The notes: a model not told the origin generated them from the letters alone. A stretch of 64,000 nucleotides of DNA from Planctomycetota bacterium (GCA_028289345.1 JANQQL010000047.1:57454-121453), one strand, 5' to 3'. Shown: positions 27,797-37,779, counted from the stretch's first letter. Made by a program: numbers and translations.

Positions 27797-30735
27797 TGGT
27801 CGATTCCAACAACCCGTGCGACGAGCTGTTTCGACATGCGGGATTCGTGAAGCACCTGGCGCGAGACCTGCGCAGCGACCCAAACTCTTCGGACGACCTG
27901 GTGCAGGACACGTGGGTGGTTGCCCTGCAGTCCCCGCCGAGTTCCACCACCGGCGTCAAAGGATGGCTCAAGCAGGTGTGCCGTCGCTTGGCGATTCGGG
28001 AAGGGCGAACCCAGGAACGACGGTTGCGCCGGGAGCAAGCCACGGCTTCTCACGAACTCTCCCGAACAACGGTCGAAGAATGCGCCTGGCGCGAAACTCT
28101 CCGTCAAGTGACGGATTGTGTGCTGGCCCTCTCGGAGCCCAACCGTCAGGTCATTCTGTTGCACTACTACGAAGGCCTTTCGCCCGAAGCGATTGCCAAT
28201 CGACTGGAGGTATCTCGTGCCACGATCTACTCGCGGTTGAGTCGCGGCCTCGAACAACTTCGTCACGCGCTCGATCAAAAGAACCGGGGAAACCGGAGCG
28301 CGTGGGTGCAAGCGCTCGCTCCCCTCACTCTGGATCTCCCCACTCGGAGAAGATCCACGGACAGCGATTCGACGACGCTGTCCATTGGGAGAGTGTGGGT
28401 CGGGGTCGCGCTCTCGGGACTACTTGTCGCAACCGGAGTTTGGTGGTGGCGAGACGGCAAACTCGGAGACACGGGTGACGGGCCACCATCGCCCTCGTCG
28501 TTCATCAGTGAGACCCGAACCAACACCCAAAGCGTCGAGAAAAGCGACCAAAGGCTCGAGGCCCCCGTTCGAGAACTCGCTTCCTCCAAAGCGGCGACCG
28601 GGGACTCGCGACAAGTCGAATCCCCTCCTGTTCCTCGAGAAGACGAGGCTTCCGCGCGCACGGTGGTGCGAATGGTGTGGCAAGACGACGGCACTCCCCT
28701 TGGTGATCGCTGGGTCCAGATCGTTCCCCGGAAACCCAGCGCCGCGGAGTTTCCGGCTTTGAAGACCGACGACCAGGGAGAGCTTCCTCTTCCTGACGGG
28801 GGAGCCGACATTCTTGCTTTGGTCGATCCAGTCGCTCACCAAACTCTGAAGCTGCCCGAGCACCCCGCCGCCTTCGACACCATCCGTTGGGAAATCCCGG
28901 CGGGCTTGGACGTGTCAGGAACCGTCGCCGACATCCGGGGACATCCCGTCGGCAAGGCAAGCATTTGGATTGGTCATCCGGAACGGACGTTGCCGCCGGT
29001 TTTGGTCGATGTTTCGCACGCCCAGGGAGAGTTTCATTTGCGAGGAGTGGCTCCGGAGTCTCGCTTGTGCGCGATGGCGTCGGGCTATCAGGCGTCTCGC
29101 TTTCAAAGTGTCGAGGGAATTCCAGGATCTTCCGTCCGCGCCACGGTGATCCTCGCCCCGGGTTGCGGAGTGCTGACCGGCCAGGTGCTCGATGAATCGG
29201 GACGCCCGGTCCCCGGGGCCAGGATTCGGATGAAAGGGCGACATGAAGCCGACCTTTATCGGTTCGATGGAGTCGCACTCCACGATCTACCTCCCTGGGA
29301 AACACGAGCCGACTCAAAGGGGCGCTATCGCTTTGACTCCCTGGTCCCGGGCCCAGTGCAGCTCGTGGTGACCGCCCCCGGCTATGCCCCGACGGCCATG
29401 CAGCGGCAGCTTCCGCGTCAACAGTCGGAACAGGATCTCGTTTTGACCAAAGGAGTCTGCATCTCCGGACAAGTCCAAGACCTGTCCGGTGCCCCCGTGG
29501 CGGACGCGGTGATCGAGATGCGAGACACCAAGTCTCCCTGGCAGCAAATGGTTCGCGTCGATGCCGCGGGTACGTACGAGCTTCTGCACTTGCCGAACAG
29601 CGCGCAGCTTGTTGTTCGCAGCCCCTCGGCCGGAGTGGCACGGCGACTGATTGCGGAAGGATCCGGGCGGGATCGAACTTGGAATCCGGTTCTCCATCCA
29701 GGCAGAACAGTGCATGGCCGGCTGCAAGACTCTTCGGGTCAACCTCTGGGTGGTCGGACGATTCACGCCGTGGGCAACGTGCCGAGGGGGGACCAGCGGT
29801 CGCTGTGGAGCAGTCAGGCTCGGACCGATGCAACCGGTGAGTTTCGCCTTCTCGGGTGTCCCGATGAGCCGCTCCAGCTGGAGATCCTACGTCACGTTCA
29901 AATCGGCGACATCGAACTGGCCGTTCGAATCGAACCAAACGATCCCATGCCATTGACCTTGGTCCTGGAGCCGACCCAAACACCGAGTGCGTGGATTCGC
30001 GGCTTTCTGGTCGATCCCGCGGGGCAACCGATCGTTGGCAGAGTCGAGGGGTTCTCCCACGGCCTCACCGCGGGAAGCACACTCTTCCAGGAAGCCACCA
30101 CGGATTCTCGCGGTCACTTCCTGCTCGGTCCCCTCGCTCCCGGGCTCTGGCAACTCCGCGCCCGCCGCCACCATGGACCTCTCGTCTCCCTGTCCCGGAT
30201 CAACGTCGGATCCGGAGAAACGGTCGATCTGGGCAAGTCGCTCGTTGAGTTCTCGGGATGGCTGGAGATCCGAACAGAACGGCCCAGGGAGCCGGTTTTC
30301 GAACGGTTTCAAGTCATCGGCAATGGCAACCTGCAAAACCATGCCATCTCACAGGACCGAATCGCCCTTTCTCCCGGCGAGTACACGGTCACCTTGTGGG
30401 GACGCAACACCGCGCTCGTCACCCATGAAGTCACGATCGCACCGCAACAGCTGACCACCCTCGACGTCCGGGGAACTGCGGGCACGCTGTGTCGCTTTCG
30501 GTTTCAGATTGCTGAAGGGAGGATCTCCCACACAATCGGATTCTCTCTCTTCTCCGGGGACCGACTACTTGGTCACTGGTGGCACTCGGTCCAGGAATCC
30601 AAGACCCGCGAGCAACGCTTGTCACCGGGCTCCTACGACCTCGAAATCCATGGAACCGGCCGCCCCACCTTTCGCCGGAGGGTGGAAGTGCGTCCGGGAC
30701 AGCCAGAGCTCACCGAACAGCTCGTCATCGAGTGA
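27796..30735 (+). CDS. ECF-type sigma-70 domain fused to a TM helix and about five periplasmic carboxypeptidase-regulatory-like (CarboxypepD_reg/prealbumin-fold) repeats
   Basis: ATG 27796 (MVDSNNPCDELFRH) aligns with the start of its paralog 21943..24741. Sigma region 4 is LLHYYEGLSPEAIANRLEVSRATIYSRLSRGL. TM helix VWVGVALSGLLVATGVWWW. Repeated GxVxDxxGxPVxGAxI motifs follow. Confidence 0.75.
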   Translation: MVDSNNPCDELFRHAGFVKHLARDLRSDPNSSDDLVQDTWVVALQSPPSSTTGVKGWLKQVCRRLAIREGRTQERRLRREQATASHELSRTTVEECAWRETLRQVTDCVLALSEPNRQVILLHYYEGLSPEAIANRLEVSRATIYSRLSRGLEQLRHALDQKNRGNRSAWVQALAPLTLDLPTRRRSTDSDSTTLSIGRVWVGVALSGLLVATGVWWWRDGKLGDTGDGPPSPSSFISETRTNTQSVEKSDQRLEAPVRELASSKAATGDSRQVESPPVPREDEASARTVVRMVWQDDGTPLGDRWVQIVPRKPSAAEFPALKTDDQGELPLPDGGADILALVDPVAHQTLKLPEHPAAFDTIRWEIPAGLDVSGTVADIRGHPVGKASIWIGHPERTLPPVLVDVSHAQGEFHLRGVAPESRLCAMASGYQASRFQSVEGIPGSSVRATVILAPGCGVLTGQVLDESGRPVPGARIRMKGRHEADLYRFDGVALHDLPPWETRADSKGRYRFDSLVPGPVQLVVTAPGYAPTAMQRQLPRQQSEQDLVLTKGVCISGQVQDLSGAPVADAVIEMRDTKSPWQQMVRVDAAGTYELLHLPNSAQLVVRSPSAGVARRLIAEGSGRDRTWNPVLHPGRTVHGRLQDSSGQPLGGRTIHAVGNVPRGDQRSLWSSQARTDATGEFRLLGCPDEPLQLEILRHVQIGDIELAVRIEPNDPMPLTLVLEPTQTPSAWIRGFLVDPAGQPIVGRVEGFSHGLTAGSTLFQEATTDSRGHFLLGPLAPGLWQLRARRHHGPLVSLSRINVGSGETVDLGKSLVEFSGWLEIRTERPREPVFERFQVIGNGNLQNHAISQDRIALSPGEYTVTLWGRNTALVTHEVTIAPQQLTTLDVRGTAGTLCRFRFQIAEGRISHTIGFSLFSGDRLLGHWWHSVQESKTREQRLSPGSYDLEIHGTGRPTFRRRVEVRPGQPELTEQLVIE

Positions 30736-30773
30736 CTCGAGGAAAGAACCCGCGGGACCGGGAACACGGTGTC

Positions 30774-30803
30774 CCTCGACCGGCACCCCGCCTTCGGTCG
30801 AGG
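30774..30803 (+). terminator. GC-rich hairpin (9-bp stem) downstream of the ECF-fusion gene; possible factor-independent terminator lacking a T-tract
   Basis: cctcgaccg (12-nt loop) cggtcgagg, about 40 nt after the stop at 30735. Confidence 0.25.
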
Positions 30804-30852
30804 CAACGAAACGGCGTTTGTCCGCCACAATCTCAGAGCCGAGGAAACAGCT

Positions 30853-31107
30853 TCATGACACCGATTCGTCCGCGGCCAGTGCCAGCTTCGACGAGTGCAC
30901 GAGCCAGTACCCCACCGCCAAGAGGGGACCACCAATCAAGGTTGCCGCGGTCCACACAAGTGGATTCGCAAAGCAAAGCGTTCGATCTTTGGCATCCTGA
31001 AACACGCCGACGGCAAACACGATGTGGACGATGACATTGGTCACCCACAGAGCAATTCGCAATCCAATGAAACCTCCCACCGCGTCGTAGAACAACACTT
31101 CTCCCAT
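30853..31107 (-). CDS. small hypothetical membrane protein (2 TM)
   Basis: 84 aa, hydrophobic. An agggaggg Shine-Dalgarno sits about 8 nt upstream of the ATG. Confidence 0.45.
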   Translation of the reverse strand: MGEVLFYDAVGGFIGLRIALWVTNVIVHIVFAVGVFQDAKDRTLCFANPLVWTAATLIGGPLLAVGYWLVHSSKLALAADESVS

Positions 31108-31214
31108 GGGCCCCCTCCCTGATCTTTCTTTCCAGAAACGAGTGCGTCACTCGTTGGCACTTGCTCCTGTCACAGAATGCTTCTGTCCTTCTACGGTTGC
31201 CTCCGAGGATTGAT

Positions 31215-32021
31215 TCAAGTCCAGCCAATCATGACCAGGAACACAAGTATGTCCGCGACCACATGGGCGAGGAACGGCGCCAGGATTCCTCGCGCGGCAT
31301 GAGCGAGCCCGCCGAGAGCGAAACCGTAGAGAAAGGTCAGACTGGCTCCCTCGAGTCCATCTGGCACCGATGGCGGTCGATAGTGCAGCGCACCAAAGGC
31401 AAGGGCTTGCACAAGAATCGCCACCCCGGGCTTGGAGAAACTAGCCTGAAGAGCGCGAAGTGAGAGGCCGCGGAAAACGAGTTCCTCCATCGCCGCGTTG
31501 GTGATGGCAAACATCACCCCCGCAAACACCGCCTCGGTCATTGTCAGACCAGCGAATCCATGGCTCCCTGGCTCCGCGTTGGAAAGCGTTGCCCAGAGGA
31601 GGAACACAATCGCGGAAAGAGTGGTGATGGCAACGGTCAGTAGCTTCACACCCGCCGCCATCGACCCCAGCGATGCCCATGACGACACGGGCGCGGCACC
31701 GCGAACCGTACCACAGTAGAAGACAGCACCCGCCAATGGGATCAACCAATGGAGTGGCCACGAATCCAGCCGCGGAGTCACGATCTTGAGTGCCATGAGC
31801 AAAGCAACGAACAGGCACCAAGGCGAAACCAGGGAGTGCCGACGAATCAGTGCCGTTCCGGCAACTGCCACGGCCATCCCGAACAGCCACGGTTCGGCCC
31901 ATGGCGGCGCAAACCCAAAAGCAGTCAAGAAGATCGTTGAAGCCGGAGCCAGGAGACGCCTACTCAAAACTCGCCAGCTCCTGTTCGATGCCCTTCCATC
32001 CCGCCTCAATCTCCTCCTCAT
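31215..32021 (-). CDS. CPBP-family intramembrane metalloprotease (CAAX protease/Abi-like)
   Basis: Multi-TM protein with the EExxFRG motif (AMEELVFRGL) and a downstream conserved His (FGALHY). The start may be further downstream, since the 5' end overlaps the upstream gene by 62 nt. Confidence 0.7.
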   Translation of the reverse strand: MRRRLRRDGRASNRSWRVLSRRLLAPASTIFLTAFGFAPPWAEPWLFGMAVAVAGTALIRRHSLVSPWCLFVALLMALKIVTPRLDSWPLHWLIPLAGAVFYCGTVRGAAPVSSWASLGSMAAGVKLLTVAITTLSAIVFLLWATLSNAEPGSHGFAGLTMTEAVFAGVMFAITNAAMEELVFRGLSLRALQASFSKPGVAILVQALAFGALHYRPPSVPDGLEGASLTFLYGFALGGLAHAARGILAPFLAHVVADILVFLVMIGWT

Positions 32022-32775
32022 CGCTCTCGGCAGTTCTGTCCAGAGTCCAGTTCAACGCCTCGAGAAAGAACCATTGTCGAACCGTCTCCATCGACCAGGG
32101 GCCGCTGTCGTAGGCGCGCATCACCGACTCGCAAATCGACAATCCGAAGTCTTCGTACAAGTCGATGAAGTCTCGAGCCGGGTGTCCGACCGCCAAGTCG
32201 CCGAAATCGATGACGCCTGCCAAGCCACCGGTGTCTTCGTTGAACAGGAGGTGTCCCGGCGCGATGTCGCGGTGAATCAGACTCGTCGGTGTTTCCGAGG
32301 AGGTGGTCAGGGCCCACGCCCCGAGCAGGCTTGTCAGCCGAGTGTGAGTGCTCGGGTCGATCCAAGGACAGGCGGTCTCTTCAAGTCGCTGCCGCAGCTG
32401 TTCCGCCAGCCATCGAGCGCTGATCCTCGTCACGCCGGCATCGAGTCCTACGGAAACCGGAATCTTGTGCAACGCCCGGAGAAACGCCGCGGTGTCGCGA
32501 GCCAACGTCCGTTGTCCCTCGGAGTCCAGCGAACTCCATCTCTCCCGGGTGATCGGCACTCCAACAACCTCTCGATGGGTCGTAAATGGCGGACACCCGA
32601 CCGGCGTATGAAAGTTCAGTCGAGGGACGGGACACGGAAGTTGATCCGCGATTTGTTCGAGAACTGCCGTCTCGCGTCTCAACGCCGCGGCGGCTTCCGC
32701 ATGCCGTGCCAAGCGAACCACGATCGTTCCCAACCGGAACGCGAGACAGAAGTCCCCTCGGCCATAGGCCTCCAC
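31960..32775 (-). CDS. phosphotransferase (APH/choline-kinase-like) family protein; start codon uncertain
   Basis: Kinase-fold motifs: Gly-rich loop YGRGDFCLAF, catalytic HRDIAPGHLLF and IDFGDLAVGHPARDF. The 468-aa ORF in the table has an artefactual N-terminal 150 aa that would overlap the DUF1772 gene. The first canonical start in frame is the GTG at 32773-32775. Confidence 0.55.
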   Translation of the reverse strand: MEAYGRGDFCLAFRLGTIVVRLARHAEAAAALRRETAVLEQIADQLPCPVPRLNFHTPVGCPPFTTHREVVGVPITRERWSSLDSEGQRTLARDTAAFLRALHKIPVSVGLDAGVTRISARWLAEQLRQRLEETACPWIDPSTHTRLTSLLGAWALTTSSETPTSLIHRDIAPGHLLFNEDTGGLAGVIDFGDLAVGHPARDFIDLYEDFGLSICESVMRAYDSGPWSMETVRQWFFLEALNWTLDRTAESDEEEIEAGWKGIEQELASFE

Positions 32776-32900
32776 CTCGCCGGCTCTCCCGCCGAATTCT
32801 TTCGCGAGGAGTCGAGCTCCCGAGGCGTGGTCCAGATCCGGCCATTGCCAAGAACGGGATGAGCCACCCGGTTCTCTGCTCTCGCGATTCTGCCGGGCCG

Positions 32901-33404
32901 TCAGGACTCGCCCCCCTCCACCAGGCGAATCAGCGCGATCAAGAACAACACGGTGGAAAACAACGTCGCCACCGACCGAACGTGGTTCCAGCGTACCCAA
33001 GTGGACAGGTAGCGCTTCCAGATCGCATGCCCTTCTTCGGTCTCCCCATTCACCGCGGCCAGGCGATTGTTCCAGGGAACGTTGAAGACAATGGTCACCC
33101 CGACGCAACCCACGACATAGGTCAAGGTCGCTGCCAGGGCCCAGGGCTTCGACTCCGGGCGCCAGGCATTTCCTCCGAACACCACGGCAGCCAATCCAAC
33201 GGCACCGGTACCCATGAAGATGATCAGAAACGAAGGACGCACGATGACAAGGTTGATGGACTGCATCGCCTGGATCCCGGAAGCCAGCGGAATCCTCGAC
33301 AGCGCACGCATGAGGAAGCTCGAGAAAGAGCAAAACAGACCCGCCATCATCCCCGAACCCAAGCAAAGGGCGACCAGGGTGGCGACCAGCGCCTCATGAG
33401 TCAT
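32901..33404 (-). CDS. DUF1772-family (anthrone-oxygenase-like) membrane protein
   Basis: 167 aa with four predicted TM helices, typical of the DUF1772 family. Confidence 0.7.
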   Translation of the reverse strand: MTHEALVATLVALCLGSGMMAGLFCSFSSFLMRALSRIPLASGIQAMQSINLVIVRPSFLIIFMGTGAVGLAAVVFGGNAWRPESKPWALAATLTYVVGCVGVTIVFNVPWNNRLAAVNGETEEGHAIWKRYLSTWVRWNHVRSVATLFSTVLFLIALIRLVEGGES

Positions 33405-33873
33405 TGGCTTTCGTCCTTTCGCAGGCCAGGTGCCGCACCATGATCAGGCACGGATTCTCCGGACCCCAGAGAGTGGTTTCTTCCAGAGGCACGAAGCCGA
33501 CCTTGCGGTAGAAACCCCGAGTCCGTGCGTAAGCCTCACTCGGATGTGATGATCCAATGGTCTTGACTTGAACGAACTCAATGGACTCCCGGCGTAGCTC
33601 GCCGAACACGTGTTCGACAAGTCGCCGGCCGTTTCCTTCACCGTGATGTTTCCTCTCTACCGCGACGATATCGATTTCGGCAGCCAACGCCCCGAATCGC
33701 TCGATCGCTAGGAATCCCACCACTCGCCCCGAGCGCTCGACGACCCAGGTCTCCAACCGCGACAAAGCAGCGATGTAGCCCAGGATTGCCTTCTCTTTCC
33801 CGAACCACTCCGGCAAGCCGCGCAAGATGTCTTCGCAAACGCTTTCCTCGCCGGACTGGAACTTACGAATCAC
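33394..33873 (-). CDS. GNAT-family N-acetyltransferase
   Basis: GTG start. Acetyl-CoA-binding motif (HHGEGNGRRLVEHV). 159 aa. Confidence 0.8.
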   Translation of the reverse strand: MIRKFQSGEESVCEDILRGLPEWFGKEKAILGYIAALSRLETWVVERSGRVVGFLAIERFGALAAEIDIVAVERKHHGEGNGRRLVEHVFGELRRESIEFVQVKTIGSSHPSEAYARTRGFYRKVGFVPLEETTLWGPENPCLIMVRHLACERTKANDS

Positions 33874-33971
33874 GATCGGTGGACCTCACTTTCGTTCCAG
33901 GGTTCAGTGCTTGGCGAACTCGTTGCGATTGTTCGAACACCTTCTCACTCAGCGAGCGGAATCAGTGTCTT

Positions 33972-34361
33972 TCAAACCCCGCCGTCTAGAAACTCCAGAG
34001 AGTACTTGGTGCTTCGCTTCCTCCAAGGAATGAGAGCCTTCTTCTCCACCGATTTCATGCGAGTTGGCTTACGAACCAGAGACTCGATGAGACTCTGAAT
34101 CTCGTCCCGTCGGTCGATGATGCTCTGTTCTTCCGTCGGTTCCCAGTGATCGCACCAGTCTTCGAGAATGGCACGATCGTCCCCTTCCGCTCGAATAGAG
34201 ACAAACCACTCGAAGATCCCTTCGGGGATGCAAATCTCAATGATCCACGCGGGAGGCACCTTGACCTCGGCAACGGTCGCCTCCCCCTGACGGGTCAATC
34301 GAATTCGACCGGTCTTTGCGTAGCCCTGGAGCACCTTCGTCAGTTCCGGATCATTCATCAT
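33972..34361 (-). CDS. hypothetical protein
   Basis: 129 aa with a coding-like composition (MMNDPELTKVLQGYAKTGRIRLTRQ...). No recognisable family. Confidence 0.5.
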   Translation of the reverse strand: MMNDPELTKVLQGYAKTGRIRLTRQGEATVAEVKVPPAWIIEICIPEGIFEWFVSIRAEGDDRAILEDWCDHWEPTEEQSIIDRRDEIQSLIESLVRKPTRMKSVEKKALIPWRKRSTKYSLEFLDGGV

Positions 34362-34525
34362 CGGACAGTGTTCGGAGTCGACTCGATGGAAGGTCGCGAG
34401 GCTCTCGACTGGAATTGGGAGTCAAGAGAAAGTTCCCAGAGACGGCTCTCCTGGGGAGAGCGCATCCCTGGGAACAGGGGATCGAACAAGCTCTGGGTCG
34501 CGTGAAGTCTCGCCGCGACCCGCGA

Positions 34526-37516
34526 CTACCTCACTGCCAAGGAGATGCTCTGGCGGCCGACGCTTTCATCTGCGCTGACTCTCAGGTCGAGAGAGGTTCC
34601 GCCGTTGACGGTCACGATGCCATCGTGGGCGCCGAAGAAACGATCTCCGGGGCCGCCAATCTGCTCGTCTCCGTCGTCGTCAGAACCGGCGAAGAACCGG
34701 TACTGACCGGTCGGCAGGTTCCCGAGGTCATAGTCGAGACCGCCTTCGGGGTTGACCGTGGTTCTGGCACGCGGCTCTCCGGTCTCCGCATCCACCGCCA
34801 CCACGAACACGTCCACGTCTCCGCCCAAGGAAACCGGCGGCTCCACCATCATGTGCACGCGAATCTTGGCCTCGCCCGCGTTCAACGTGTTCACTTCGAC
34901 GGTGCCCCGATAGATACCAGGCGACAGCCCGTCTCGGGACACGTCGATCAGCAACGCTCGCTTGTCGGTCGGATCGTTCGCGTCCTGACTGGCGACCGCC
35001 TGCACCTGAAGCCAAGGCTCTCCGGTTTCCGTGTCCGCCACCGGCTCGTCCACCAGCAACAGTCCCGTGCCCTCGTTGAAGAGCGCGATCGAAGCGGAGT
35101 TCTGACCCGGTGAGAGATCCACCGTATCCCGCTCCAATCTCAAAATCGGCGCACCGGACTCTCCCTTGGCCGTCTTCACCGCCAGGAACGTATTCACCAG
35201 ACCGTGGCCGAAGTTCTCGTCTTTGCCCTTGGCGCCGATATCGGTAGCCGTTCCATAAAGGATCGCTTCGATCTCGTGGGGCAGGGCTTCGGGGTAGACG
35301 GATTTCATCAACCCGGCAACTCCCGCGACGTGAGGACTCGCCATGGAAGTGCCCATGTTCGGCGCGTAGTCAGGAACGAACGTGTCATTGTTGTAGCGAC
35401 CGTAGGTGGACCAGACTCCTCGGTCGACGAAGTTGTTGTCTTCATCGAAGATGAAATCACCGCCCGGCGCCGTGATGTCGACGCTGGAATGGTAGTTCGA
35501 ATAGAAGGCGAGCTCGCGATCTTCGTTGGTCGCAGAGACCGAAATGACACCGTCGTACACCGCTGGCCAAACGGGGATGTTCTGTTCGTCGTTGCCGGCG
35601 CCGGCCACCACCGTCACTCCGGTTGCCAGTGCCGAGTTGATCGCTTGCTCAGTCAGAGGCATCTCGCCCAGGGCGCGAAGACTCATGTTGATGACGTGGG
35701 CTGCCTGGGAAGGCGGAGAGGGGGCAGGACTCTCTTTTCCGGCGGCGTAAAGAATGGCATTGGCCACCCAGCTGTCGAGGGCGCTATTGCCCGTCGAGCC
35801 ATCGGGGAACTCGAAGACGCCGAACACGCGCAGCGGCATGATGCGACCGCTCCACATCATTCCCGCCACTCCTTCGCCGTTGTTGCTCGCGGCTCCCACC
35901 GTGCCGGCCACGTGCAGTCCATGCAGGGAACGAGTCACGTCGGTGGGATCATCGTCGACCCCATCGCCATCCAGCGAGTTCTCGACCAAGTCCACGAAGT
36001 CGAAGCCCTCGAACCAACGTTGTTCGATGTCGGGATGGGCCTCACTTCCGGAGTCGATCACCGCCACCACGACGTTGTTCTCGCCCACCGAAATGTCCCA
36101 CGCTTCCGGCGCATTGATCTGGTTGTAGTGCCAGTTCTGATTGCCAAGGAGTGCGTCATTGGGAAGACGAGTGCTGAATGCCATGCGATCCGCGCTGGCC
36201 CACTTCACCGAAGAACTGCCGTGAAGGGATGCGCTCACGCGCTGGGTCAGCCGTCGGCGATCGGTCAAGGACATGCCCGAATCGGCGGAGTAGTGAGCCT
36301 TGAGAGCTCCCAGGCCTTTCATCTTCTCGACCTGATAGCCACGGCCTTCCAGGAACTCGATGGTCGCCGATTCGTCTCCGTTCGGCTTGACGATCACGTA
36401 ACCGTCCATCGCCGGCGCCGTCGGTTGCCCAAAGGCCTGGGAGGCGCGGACCACTTGGGATTCTTGCTCGGGAGACGCCTGGCGTGTTCCGAAGCGAGCC
36501 CCCCCGGCGGCCACTCGGCTCAGGGAGGCGGCGGCGCTCAGGTTCAACTCATAGGCCAAGCGATCCGGGCCCGGGGGAAGCGGCGGAGGTCCGTCATTGA
36601 TCGGCCGGCGCGAATCCAAAGATCCATCGCTGGGTCGGTCGTCTCCCTCGTCGATCACCGGAGGAAGAGACCAGCGCACCACGATCTCCAGCGCGGTGAA
36701 GTCACCGACGTCAAAGCTACCGGCCTCGATGGCGGGCCCGGAAGTCTCGAAGTTGGCCAGCGACAAAGGATCGAACAGGTCTCGAGTCACATCGTTCACG
36801 TCCAGGTCGATGTTGTGAACTGCCGTCCCGGAGAAAATCGCCGACGTTGCCACCGAGGCTCGCTGCGGAATGACGACGACGTAGCGGTCGACGTCTTCGG
36901 TCGAGTCCAGGATTCCCGAAACCCGCTGTCCTTCGTCCACCAGGATTTCGCCGAGGTATTGGCCGGCTCCCAATTCCCCGTTCTCGAACCGCTTTTCGTC
37001 AATCAGCTCCCCTGCGGAAACTGGATCAAAGGACAGGACATAATTGGAACCTTGCAGCAACGAAGATTCCAACACGGCATAGAACGGTCCTTTGGCATGG
37101 AACGAAGTGCTGCCATCCAAAGGAATCGACTCGACGAACTGACCAGCAATCGGGTCATAGATTCGCAGGATCACACCCGAAGGATCGCCTCGGTCCAATT
37201 CGATCCGCGGCGTGATCTCCATTCGGTCGAGTGGCACGAGGAAGAACGAATCGAACACGTCGCCACCACCGGCCGTGTTCCCAAACACCTGAAGGCGCTC
37301 GTCCGTCGCGAGTCCCTCCAGGAACTGCGCCTGGTCGATGGCATCGTTCGGTTCCTGCTCGAGAGTGGAAAGAGCGGGAATCGCGATGCTCACATTGCCC
37401 GTGACTCCAGCGGTGGCACCTCCTCCACTGCCGCCACCACTGCTGCTACTCCCACCACAGGCAGGAATGCATGCGAGCGCAACAACGCTCGCCATTCGAA
37501 AACGAACCGGAAGCAT
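34526..37516 (-). CDS. S8-family subtilisin-like serine peptidase, lipoprotein, about 1000 aa with large non-catalytic extensions
   Basis: ATG at 37514-37516 with lipobox ACIPACGG. The Asp/His/Ser triad motifs are present (VAVIDSGSEAHPD, HGLHVAGTVGAASNNGEGVAGM, GTSMASPHVAGVAGLM). Confidence 0.85.
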   Translation of the reverse strand: MLPVRFRMASVVALACIPACGGSSSSGGGSGGGATAGVTGNVSIAIPALSTLEQEPNDAIDQAQFLEGLATDERLQVFGNTAGGGDVFDSFFLVPLDRMEITPRIELDRGDPSGVILRIYDPIAGQFVESIPLDGSTSFHAKGPFYAVLESSLLQGSNYVLSFDPVSAGELIDEKRFENGELGAGQYLGEILVDEGQRVSGILDSTEDVDRYVVVIPQRASVATSAIFSGTAVHNIDLDVNDVTRDLFDPLSLANFETSGPAIEAGSFDVGDFTALEIVVRWSLPPVIDEGDDRPSDGSLDSRRPINDGPPPLPPGPDRLAYELNLSAAASLSRVAAGGARFGTRQASPEQESQVVRASQAFGQPTAPAMDGYVIVKPNGDESATIEFLEGRGYQVEKMKGLGALKAHYSADSGMSLTDRRRLTQRVSASLHGSSSVKWASADRMAFSTRLPNDALLGNQNWHYNQINAPEAWDISVGENNVVVAVIDSGSEAHPDIEQRWFEGFDFVDLVENSLDGDGVDDDPTDVTRSLHGLHVAGTVGAASNNGEGVAGMMWSGRIMPLRVFGVFEFPDGSTGNSALDSWVANAILYAAGKESPAPSPPSQAAHVINMSLRALGEMPLTEQAINSALATGVTVVAGAGNDEQNIPVWPAVYDGVISVSATNEDRELAFYSNYHSSVDITAPGGDFIFDEDNNFVDRGVWSTYGRYNNDTFVPDYAPNMGTSMASPHVAGVAGLMKSVYPEALPHEIEAILYGTATDIGAKGKDENFGHGLVNTFLAVKTAKGESGAPILRLERDTVDLSPGQNSASIALFNEGTGLLLVDEPVADTETGEPWLQVQAVASQDANDPTDKRALLIDVSRDGLSPGIYRGTVEVNTLNAGEAKIRVHMMVEPPVSLGGDVDVFVVAVDAETGEPRARTTVNPEGGLDYDLGNLPTGQYRFFAGSDDDGDEQIGGPGDRFFGAHDGIVTVNGGTSLDLRVSADESVGRQSISLAVR

Positions 37517-37779
37517 GGCAAACCCCTTGTCGTCCAGCGCAGCCCGTCGCAAACAACGAACCGCGGGCGTGCTCGCCTCGACCCCGGTTCCCAACGGTTC
37601 GTCGATTGGCGAGCGCGGCTAGTGACTGGCCCGGCTCCATGCAGCTCACGGATCGGCAAGGTGGCCGAAGCTTCGTGCGGCTTCCAGGCCAGAGACTTCC
37701 ATTTGAATCGATTCGCGCGATGAACTCCATGAGCCGCGAGAAATCGGGCGGAGTTCGCACACACGAGGAAATGCACCAG

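Noticed and set aside
28505-29983. 492-aa antisense ORF within the ECF-fusion gene
   Set aside because: It is Arg/Pro-rich low-complexity sequence. The sense strand encodes repeated beta-sandwich domains.
32908-33366. N-terminal 150 codons of the 468-aa APH ORF
   Set aside because: They overlap the DUF1772 gene on the same strand in a different frame, and the sequence is Arg/Gly-rich junk.
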